Source: Saprolegnia diclina VS20
Taxonomy: Eukaryota
Direction of reading: 5' to 3'
Length of the DNA stretch: 34,366 nt
Assembly (NCBI RefSeq): GCF_000281045.1
Contig: NW_008246110.1
Location: forward strand, 76,655-111,020
Shown here piece after piece: positions 23,143 to 32,827 of this stretch. The notes below the pieces were generated by a model, which saw only the letters and a program-made list of their open reading frames with translations, did no database searches and was not told where the DNA came from. Every line of letters begins with the position of its first letter. The stretch's first letter is position 1. The translations under genes and the position numbers were made by a program.

Positions 23143-24588
23143 TTATTGCTGCTGCTGGGTGAAGCGCTCGACTTTGGCCATGCGCTGGTGGTACAGCTTC
23201 CGGCTCGGGAGGAACTCGGCGAGGAACTGACTGACGTTGATGTCGCCATTCGTGAAGCGGCTGCCAATGTCCTCGGTCACCTCGTCGACTTCGTCTGCAG
23301 CTTGGACCACCCGCGCCACGAGCACGTCCCCTCGCACGCGCTACATTCATGATCGCCACTCAGCACTTCGCGTCGATGCAAGCTTTCTTTTGTGTACCGA
23401 GAGGATCTCTTGCTGTCGCGCTTGCTTGAGGCTCAGGACTTCTTGTGCGGCCTGGACCTGCGACTTGAGGCCTTGGACGTCCTTCTGCAGCGCCGCCAGC
23501 GTTCCCTCGTAGCTCAGGTTCTTCTCTAATCGCCGCCGTCTCCATAACTGCGCCATTCACGGTACGATGTACCTGCGAGCTCGGCGTTGCCTTTGACAAG
23601 GTCGTCGTACAACTTCATAAAGTTGATGACGGCGTCCATGTTGCGGATGTACGCCTTGAGCGCTTGGCGGTCGCTCACAAGTTTTTCCAGCTGCGTAATG
23701 CTAGCCAGATACACTCAGCACGCGCACCTAGACAAAGGGCCTGCGTACGAAAGCTCGTCGAGTTCGGGGAACGACGTGGGAATCGCCGGGGTCTGCGTGT
23801 GCATGTACGGATCGCGCGCCTTGAGCGGCGGCGGCGTCTTCTCGCGCGCGTATGGCGAGCTCTGGCTCGACGCGCTCGTCGTGTTGTTGTATGGCGTCGA
23901 ATACGAAGCCGCGCCCGACGACGAAGGGTAGAACGGCTGCGTGTAGGCCGGCGACGCGGGTGGGTGGTACGCCGGCGGCGGTGTCGACGTCGCGCGCCCC
24001 GCGACGACCGGCGGGTTGCGCTGGAACTCGCTCAAAATGTCGTTGACTAGACCATGCATGGGAGAGAGACGAGATATAGAGGTGACGTACCGATGCGACC
24101 CAGGTCGGCATGGACGCCCCAGCTCGCAAGGTCAATGTGGCCGACGACGCGGCATTGCGCGTCGAGCCAACTATGCTGCACGCGCGACGTCGTCTACTCG
24201 CATGCAGTACGCCCGTCAGCCACGTGGTATGATGGCGAATGCGTACTTGGATCAATGGGGCTTGCATAGGAAACTCGTCGGGCAGCGAACTAGACATAGC
24301 GAGCTCAGCCCAATGACGTCCAGTCGACGATGTACATTCGAAGTGTGAGCGAGCGCGCGTCGGCGAGGCGCACGACGACGTCAAAGATCGATTGCTCGTG
24401 GTTGATGGCTTGGCCCCCGGCGCGGACAAGGCTCGCGATCTGACGGCCTCGCCTACGTCGCCCAGCCCATGAGCGTTGGCGCGACCTAGGCCGCAGCGCA
24501 CGTACAGTCGCATGAGCTCCGAGGAAGCGCCCGTACTATGGACGGGCGGCGCGGGCTTGGGCGGGGCTTTGCCGAAGAAGAAGGACAT
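23143..24588 (-). CDS. VPS37: ESCRT-I subunit VPS37 (VPS37A-like: UEV-like N-terminus, Pro/Tyr-rich linker, Mod(r) coiled-coil domain); multi-exon
   Basis: UEV-like segment LPDEFPMQAPLI...HSWLD...WGVHADLG..VNDILSEF, then PTSFPELDELS and a coiled coil. Mod(r) tail: AADEVDEVTEDIGSRFTNGDINVSQFLAEFLPSRKLYHQRMAKVE. Confidence 0.85.
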
Positions 24589-25106
24589 GGCTACCGGTCG
24601 ACTGCGACTGCCGCAGCTCAGGTTTCCGAAATGGACTCTGAGGATGGCAAAAATATTTTAATATTTCCAATGTTTGTCCTCGCATCGGATTGGCTAAAAT
24701 TCGGCTCGCGAAGCGACCTGCATTCTTGCCAAACAGTGTATTCACTGCGCCAGCATTTCGCAAGCGACGCACTCTCGTTAGACGGCGAACGCAGAGGAGA
24801 CAGCAGACCGCCGAACGCGAAGAGCTCGGCCAAGAGACCTCACTCTATTTGGTAGTCGTTGTGTGGGACGAAGACACCCCGTCTAATCTAGAAGCAGCAT
24901 ATCTTTGGTGCCATCCGCTTGGCTCTACAAAGCCCGTAGGCGCCGTCGTGGTTATTAATCGTAGTCGCACTCATGTAGGTGATTCAGTATCTCGTATGTC
25001 CATGTACCTTCGTGCTCTAATCAACTACCGGAGCGCTACCCGATCCAGCGGCATCCGGATATGAAGAGTGACGTCCTTGGCGATCTTCGATATTTGAAAG
25101 GCCAAC

Positions 25107-27974
25107 ATGGCATGGTGGAGCGTCATTGCGTGCAGCCTGCTCGTGCTCGTGTCACCAACGTCCTCCGTCGTCTTCTTTGGCAATGCAAATATGTCCGTGA
25201 CCAAAACGCTCGCCAGCGCCTTGGAGCTCTTGCAGGCCGGCGCGCGTGGCGAGGCACACGAGAGGTTGCTTGCGCTCGCGCGAATTGCGCCCCAGAACGC
25301 GGATGTTCACACAGCATTAGGCGCACTCGCGCAAATGGATGTACGTACGACATCTCGCACCGACTTGCCAACATGTCTTTAGGGTTACGCAGACCGTGCG
25401 ATCGCTAGCTATACGACGGCCGCGTCGCTGTGCGGTCCCACGGAGGCGCTGCATGGCAACCTTGGTCTTGCCCACTATGCAAGACAAGACTACAGGGCTT
25501 CCGTGGAGCACTTGCGAGCAGCTATTGCGCTCAACCCGACGCGCCTGCCCCACCACGCCCACATGCTCGGGTTGGCCCTACATTTTCTGCGCGATGACGC
25601 CGCGGCCAAGGTCGTGTACGTCGCCGCTGTTGCCCACGCGCCGCACGATGCGGCAGTGCACTTTGACTACGGCGTGACGCTCCAAGCCCTTGGCGATGTG
25701 GGTATTTTGTGAAATCAGCGCTGAGTGACTTGGTGTATATAGGTTGAGCAAGCTGGGGATGCCTACAACCGCGCCATCGCGCTCAATCCTGCAATGGGCT
25801 CGGTACGAGTGCTCGTCGACGTGATCGATTCGTGTATGCTGCACTAGGCGTGGCTCAATATGGCTTCGTTGCACTTGCAGTATGGGGAAGTAAGCAAAGC
25901 CCTTTATGGGTTTGAGGTGCGTGCCATTTGGCCGCTGGTCTACACTGGGATCCAGCAACACGTAGAAAACACTGGGTCTTTCCCTTTCCATTGACCTGTG
26001 GCTGTGTGCAACGACCAATTATGCCGTAGCTCTGGAGCTGGACGGTCAAGTACGTCATCCAGCGATACAATGTGATGTGATGGACTGCCGATGTAGCCTC
26101 TTGCAGCGACCAAGTTTCTAAAGCGAGCCCACGCAGTGCTGCAGCTTCAGGGAGCGACAACATCGACGCTCTACTTGAACGTGTGCGAGCACCAAATCCG
26201 AACCTGGCGCGCCATTGCGTTCTGGAAAGACTACGAACTGGTTTGGACGCGTTTTTTGGAAATGACGTGGCAGCACGAGATTCAAGTGTAACCGTCCATG
26301 TATCATCATCGCACGGCCCCATACGAACGTAGCGGGGGCGTGAGCTCGATGATGCCGTTCACGTCGCTCTTACTTCCGCTGGCGCCCGAGACGAAGCGCA
26401 AGATTGCCGAATCGATCACACGACCGCATGGTCCTACTGAGAAACGACTTTGGCGCCCCGTGTCATTGGCCGGTGCCCGGCGCTTGCACGTCGGGTACCT
26501 CTCGTACGATTTCAACAACCACCCGACGGCCCATTTGATGGAAGGCCTCTTTCGGTGCCATAATGCGTCGTCGGTTGAAGTATCCATGCTGAGCTACGGC
26601 AAAGGTTCGACGTGCTTGAACAGAACGCGGAATGATGATTCTCGGGTTAGACGACAACAGTTCTTACCGACGGCTCTTCCCGTCGCTCGTCGAGCACTTT
26701 GTGGACCTTGTAAGCGCAGGCACACATGCTGCTGCTTCTCTTATCCGAGACGCGCACGTCGACATTCTCATCGACGCTCAAGGTCACACTCTCGGTAACA
26801 TAACCAAGATCTTACTCTGGCAACATCCTCGCGACGACGTAGGTCAGCGCCACGACATTGTGGCCCAGCAGCCCGCACCGATTATCATCAGCTACTTGGT
26901 GTTCCCTGGCACATTGGGGGCGCCGTATGTTGATTATCTGCTGGCGGATGCCCACGTGGCTCCACCAGAGCACGCACGTATGTACTCCTTTGGATGGTGG
27001 CACAAGGCGGAATCGCTCGGTAGACCACTTTGTTGAAAAGCTCCTGATTGTGCCGCACTCGTACCAAGTCAACTACTTTGCGTCGCCCGTCCCCTTCTCC
27101 GAAACGCGGCGCACCGGGCGCTTTGTCTTTGCCAATTACAACAAGATCGATAAGCTCGAGCCACGCGTGTTTGGCGTCTGGATGCAGATCTTACGCCGGG
27201 TACAAGCAGCAGTGCTCGTCCTTGACGTGTTATGCCAAGACGTAGGTGCCCGCGAGCGATTTGTGGTTGCTGGCGCCAACGTCGACCAAGTCGGAGCAGT
27301 TGACGATGCGGCATGTGCGCATGGAAGCTGCCGTCTACGGCATCCCACCTTCCCGCATTCGGTTTCTACCACGGTACAGCCTCTCTCAGGCAATGACGGA
27401 CGTGCCCACGAACGGTTGCGTAGCGTCACCAAGGCGGCTCACTTGGCGCGCCAAGCAGACGCAGATTTGTTTCTCGATACCTTTGTGGTACTCCTTTCGT
27501 CGCCACAATGAATATGGTGGCATATTGCTGCTAGTATGGAGCGCACTCGACGGCAACCGATGCAATGTGGGGACACCTTCCGGTGCTCACCCTCGCCGGC
27601 GACTCCTTCACAAGGTGCGGCATCGTTGCGTATAATTCAGCTCGTACGAGTCGTGTAGTCGGGTCGGAATCTCCTTGGCCGCCAACGCCAACAGCCTCGA
27701 ACTCGTTGTCCACAGCGCCAAAGAATTTGCCGACGTCGCGGGTACCGACATCTTGTCATATTCAGCGCCTGGAACTGATACCTGCCTTCTAGTCTATCTA
27801 GCGAATCATCGCTCAGTCCTGGCGGCTTTGCGAAAATCTGTGGCCCTTGGTCAAGCGACGGCGCCTCTCTTCGACACCGCTGGATTTACCAGATCGCTAG
27901 AAGCTATGTACCGACTAGCATACGAGCTGCACGCCTGCAATATATCGCGACGTCACATTGTACTTGGAGTATAA
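25107..27974 (+). CDS. TPR-containing GT41 glycosyltransferase (O-GlcNAc transferase-like) with a predicted N-terminal signal peptide; many exons
   Basis: TPRs: PQNADVHTALG, EALHGNLG, PHDAAVHFDYGVTLQALG, AWLNMA. Catalytic motifs: RLHVGYLSYDFNNHPTAHLM, VDILIDAQGHT, QPAPIIISYLVFPGTLG..VDYLLAD, FVEKL..PHSYQVN, FVFANYNKIDKL, ADLFLDTF.YGAHSTATDAMWGHLPVLT, PLFDTAGFTRSLE. Confidence 0.9.
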
Positions 27975-28842
27975 CTATTCTCACTAAATAAGATCTACTT
28001 TACGGAATCGAATTGGAATGTCGACAGCTTACATGGTCCAAGCCAAGGAGGATGGCAGGAACTCCACACAAAAAGCGTTCTTCTCTTTGCCCAACTCGTC
28101 GCCTTGAGCATCTTCCCGCATTTCGGCGGCAAAACACCGCCAGCAACGACCTACGCCGTCGACCACGAACTTGGCCGACGGAGCACAGATTTGGGACTGA
28201 GTTCTGATGGCACTTCACCAAGGCGTGACGACCAGTCAATTGAAACTTCGAGCGCGACGAAGTTCGAAGTTATGGCTTTGCAGTTTTGAACACTCGAAGT
28301 TCTTATAACGAGATCCCAGGAAGTCCAATAGTGCTTCAAATAGTATATGTAATACTATATTATAGAATTATCCTGCTCCGTTACGACTGTCGTAGCGTTC
28401 TAGTACGTCAGGATACTCGCAACAGTTCAAACAAATGCGTACATTCTTTATACGGGTATGAGAGAGGTAGCATTTTACGTATTCATGTTGTTGCAACCAA
28501 AGGCGCGGTCGAATCCTGATCATGCTGTTGCGAAGAAAAGTGACGAACACTATTTCGGTATTGTGGTGCTGTCCTACTATCGCGCGTGACGCATTCCATG
28601 ACGTGGCACACTCTCGATTAAGTGCGGTGTCTGGTCCAGGTTTCGAACTTCGAAGCTGGGGCGCGATACTTTGATCAAGTCCGAGGAGCGCGTGTGCTTG
28701 TATCGCGTGTGAATTCTTGTATCAAGGGATGAGTCGAGCGGCCTTCTTAAGTTCGGATTTCGGGCAACTTGAAGAACGCTGGGTGTTGACTTGACACGAT
28801 CGCGAGCGTGGGGCAGACAAAGATTGGATCTACGACCGAGCG

Positions 28843-29639
28843 ATGAGCAGCGCCGCCGAAGTGTTTACGATCATGGCCGCGGCCGTCGCCGACGCCGGCG
28901 AGGCCCTCGTCAAGAAGGTCAATGGCAGCATCAAGTTTGACGTCAAGGGCGCGGGCATGTGGCTCATCAACCTCAAGGCGGCGCCGGGTGCGGTGACGGC
29001 GTCCAACGCCGGCGAGAAGGCCGATCTCACCATCACCATCAGCGAGCCCGATTTTGTGGACCTCATCAACGAGAAGCTCAACCCGCAAGCTGCTTTCATG
29101 AAGGGCAAGATCAAGGTCAAGGGCAACATGGGCCTTGCCATGAAGCTCTCGGCGGTCACGAACGCGACCAAGGCGTATTTGGCCAAGCAGAAGAAAGCGC
29201 CCGCAGCGGCGGCGCCGGCGGCAGCTGCGCCGGCGGCGACCAGTGGCTTGAAGTCGGCGGCGCTCTTTGTGGGCATTGGCGAAGCGGTCAAGACGCAGGG
29301 CCCGGCGCTCGTTGCCAAGGTCAAGGGCACCATCCAGTTCAACATTGCGCCGGGTACGTCTAGACTAAATGCACGGACCGTCATCATTAACATGACGGAA
29401 TCCTAGGTGGCGCGTGGTTCCTCGACCTCAAGAACGGCAACGGGTCGCTCGAAACCGGCTCCAAGCCAGCGGACTTGACCATCAACGTCTCGGACGAAGA
29501 CTTTATGGCGATCGCGGACGGCAAGCTCAACGCGCAGCAGGCCTTTATGAAGGGCAAGCTCAAGGTCAAGGGCAACATGGGCCTTGCCATGAAGCTCAAC
29601 ATCGTCATCGACGCAGCCAAGCCCAAGGCCAAGCTCTAA
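28843..29639 (+). CDS. Tandem SCP2 (sterol carrier protein-2) domain protein with a C-terminal PTS1 (AKL); 2 exons, intron 29354-29406
   Basis: Two SCP2 domains, each with W.I/LDLK...ADLTI...DF.....KLN.Q.AFMKGK.KVKGNMGLAMKL, joined by an Ala/Pro linker. The protein ends KPKAKL* (TAA 29637-29639), with AATAAA at ~29654. Confidence 0.93.
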
Positions 29640-29806
29640 ACGTGTTGTCAATGAATAAACCATTTTGCGTTGCTTCCGTACACGTCCGATGAACCCAGCA
29701 GATTGCTGCCTTCGCCTTGATGGCTGTCGATTGAAATGGAACGAGCGTTTGGTAGTTTGAAGAGTCTAGCATAGGCTCGTGGTTGCTGCAATAAGATCTT
29801 GGTATT

Positions 29807-29892
29807 TTTTTCGAGCCTTGGTTGACAATCACATCGCGTAGCCGGAAACTCATACGGCTACGCGATGTGATTGTCAACCAAGGCTCGAAAAA
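29807..29892. repeat. Perfect inverted repeat: 38-bp arms (29807-29844, 29855-29892) and a 10-nt loop
   Basis: tttttcgagccttggttgacaatcacatcgcgtagccg - gaaactcata - cggctacgcgatgtgattgtcaaccaaggctcgaaaaa. The two arms are exact reverse complements. Confidence 0.97.
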
Positions 29893-30148
29893 GATGGTCG
29901 ATGGCGACGCCAGCACCTACGACAGCCCATGCGGCATCGTGGCTGTGCATTGGACTGCACAGCAATCACATGTGCGGGCAACTTGGCCTTGCAGAAGACT
30001 CGGTGGCGCATGTAGAAGGGATGGATGAGATGGGAAAGGGGTCTTCTTTGGACTACTTATTCTAAACGATGTCCCCTCTTCCGGCCTCTAAGACATCATT
30101 ACATTTCCTACAAACTAGTATGGCGATCGGCGCACAAGGTCGATACGT

Positions 30149-30673
30149 TTAGGGCGCGAGGTTCGCCTTGGAGCCGCGCTTCTTGTACTTGACCGTCTCC
30201 CAGCCATCTTCCTGGGCGTGCGTCGGTTCGACGCTGGGCGCGCTCACCGCGTCCTTGGGCACCTTGGACTTCTTGGCCTTGACCTTCTTCTCCGGCTCGG
30301 ACGCCGACGCCGGCTCCGAATCGGTACCAGCGGCCGCCTTCTTCTTCTTGGCGGCCTTCTTCTTGGCGTTACGCTTGCGGTTGGTCTCAGCGCGGGCAGC
30401 GGCTTCGTCCTCCGAGTCGGGAAAGTCGCCGACAAACTGCTGCAAGTCAATGGGCTCCGACTCGACGGGCGCGGCAACGGGCGCCGGCGCCGGGGCTTCC
30501 TCCTTCTCCTTCTTCTTCTTGAGCTTCTTCGGGAGCTCCGGCGCCTTCTTCTTGATGGACTTGGCCGACGACGGCGCGGGCGCGGACGAGCCCATGGCGA
30601 AGTAGGCGCCAACGCCGGCGACGACAGCGGCGCCCGCAAGGAGCACGCCCGGTTGACTCAGAAGCTCGGCCAT
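30149..30673 (-). CDS. Hypothetical signal-anchored, Lys/Ala/Glu-rich disordered protein with a C-terminal DGWETVxxKKR motif; single exon
   Basis: ATG 30673 is followed by a TM segment (GVLLAGAAVVAGVGAYFAM) and poly-Lys tracts. Codon bias is strongly GC3, there is an Inr/FPR motif upstream, and TAA is at 30149-30151. Confidence 0.85.
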   Translation of the reverse strand: MAELLSQPGVLLAGAAVVAGVGAYFAMGSSAPAPSSAKSIKKKAPELPKKLKKKKEKEEAPAPAPVAAPVESEPIDLQQFVGDFPDSEDEAAARAETNRKRNAKKKAAKKKKAAAGTDSEPASASEPEKKVKAKKSKVPKDAVSAPSVEPTHAQEDGWETVKYKKRGSKANLAP

Positions 30674-30696
30674 CGTGGTGCTGTGTGGTTTTGGCT

Positions 30697-30712
30697 GCAA
30701 ATGGGAAAATGA
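30697..30712 (-). promoter_or_regulatory. Oomycete Initiator + FPR core-promoter element
   Basis: The minus strand reads TCATTTTCCCATTTGC, about 25 nt upstream of ATG 30673. Confidence 0.6.
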
Positions 30713-32827
30713 CCTCTCCGTCTTTGCCCCTCGTATTTTAAAAGATCGCTTCGATTTTTGAAAGTATACAAACACCAAGTGTGTGGAGATCGTCGCGCAT
30801 TTTAAACGCGGCATACAAACTCCAAGAGACTTTGAAACACCCGCACGCGAATAGAATTAATCGAAATATCTCGAAAATAAAATAAAAGGATTCACTTCAA
30901 GAAACTTGAATAGTGTGCAATCACGGCCTGCGAAATGGTTGTTTTGGGGGCAACGTTCCTGTCGCCTCCCACATGTATCGTCATGACGGTGGTCCCTTGC
31001 TATTCGCACACGCTTCAAGCACATACCCCATTCCTTCCACATGTTGCCTTGGGCCAGACGCAAGACTGGCAAGGGACATTGGTCCCACGCACAGCGCATT
31101 CATGCTACACTCCTCAGTGGGAATACACCGTGCGGCAAGGAATCGCCGCGGTGGGATGTCACGCTCGTCTCTGTACATTTGGTATTGTGACTACCCAGTA
31201 CAATGCACAAACAGCATGCTGCATTGCCTGACGAAGATGGATGCCCATCAAAAGATCAACACTATTTATGGTCGACACTAAATAGACGGAATAAAAATAC
31301 GGTAAATATAATGCAACGACGTCCATAATTTAATTGGCACGGCCACAAGTGTCCACGTGTTGCGTGGTGTTTGTGACACCAAAATGACTTGGTGTCGAGC
31401 GAGCTTGTAATGGCGCGAGTTACTTAGCGTCACTGCAGTAGCCAACACCGACAACGGCAATGACAAAGACCTTGACGTCGTCAAAGAACGGCTCTTCTGT
31501 CGGTAAGAACACTCGAATTGTAGGGAGACGCGCCGGGATGACACACCGACAATGGACTGGTGCTTTGGTCGTAAGCATCGCGCCGTAGCAACCGAAAGGT
31601 CCGAGATAAACGACGAGCTTGTGGTATGTGGAATACACCCATGGAGTTTTCCTTGGCTAGGCGGCTGATACGGCGGAGCGAGCGGCCATCCAAATCCGTA
31701 CGACGCAATATTGGCAGGCTAACAATGGACCCTCGCTAGGTTTATGCGCGGATGGAGTGGAGCGCCATGACTGTTGCCTTGGAGGCAAACTCTGCAAGAT
31801 GCGACGGAAACCCAGCTACTGTACGTACACCTGCTGGTAGCGATGGCAACACTGTTCGAAGCGCACCACATTTAGCAGCAGCTTGCTGCAGCGGAACTCG
31901 AGGACTTGAGGAAGGCCCGTTGCGACGTTGTTCATTGAGTCGTAGTGTCGGTGACAGTAGACGCGAAGGGGTTGAGCCGCCCGACGCCCTGACGCTGTTC
32001 GAGACCCATCGGTAGCCCCAACGACGTTAGGGCGACGGATCTACCATTGCGTGAAGGCGTCTGCGTCGGTCGCAGCGTCGGAGTCGGCGTGTCGGGCGTC
32101 GGTAGCACTACGGGCGTCGAGGTTTGGTGGTAGAAATGCAATGATTGCCGCCCGGCCGCAATTGCCGACGACCGACCGGCAGTTGTCGGCGGTTTGTGGG
32201 TCGCCCGCTCGGTTGCCGACATATCCGACTGGCATTGCTAGCGTAACAGTAGTTGCCGCGGTCCGGCGGCGTGCCCAACCGCAACCCACGGTCACTGCCG
32301 GGGGGAAAACTTCGTCACAATTTCGTTGGTGTCATCGAGCCGCCTGGCACCACATCGACGTCCACCTGACAGAGATCTACCGACGGGTCATGCGCCCGAG
32401 AGCCGGGGTCGGTGGCGGCCAAGGGCAGTTGATCGCTGTTGGTGAAGGCTGGGCGAGGTTGTAGTCGACGATGGATATCACGGGCGCCTGACCCATTAAT
32501 CAATAGAAAAGTCGTTCGCGTCCAGATAGGCAAGAGTAGTGTGCCTGGATGAGTGGTGGAGCGCGACGGAACGGCGCTGGTCGTGGTCGGGGTTGCGCTA
32601 AAGTCGTTGTCGCTACGTGCGTGTTGTCGGCCAAACGCGTCCGGGACCTGTGCAGACGCGGAGTGGTCAGACAATTCGGCGCGTCCATCGGCATTCGAAC
32701 AAAGGCCTCCAAAATCTAGTTTCTAAGCTAACGTTAAGCCAAGAAACTCACACTTCTTCAACTTCACAATGTCGGTCATGTAGATTTCATGCATGTAAAG
32801 TTACGCGTGTCCTGAACCGGCCCCAAA

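Noticed and set aside
20626..27974. GH47 and GT41 as a glycosylation gene cluster
   Set aside because: They are separated by the unrelated housekeeping genes APC11 and VPS37. Proximity alone is not evidence, and the shared TATCCGG motif also occurs at POLH.
29807..29892. Hairpin as a bacterial rho-independent terminator or CRISPR repeat
   Set aside because: The context is eukaryotic and intron-rich, the stem is far longer than a terminator, and there is a single copy with no spacers or cas genes.
31420..32712. Possible minus-strand multi-exon gene for a Pro/Thr/Arg-rich disordered protein
   Set aside because: Some plausible GT-AG pairs exist (e.g. ~31792-31830), but I could not build a consistent frame or find any motif. 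It needs RNA-seq evidence.
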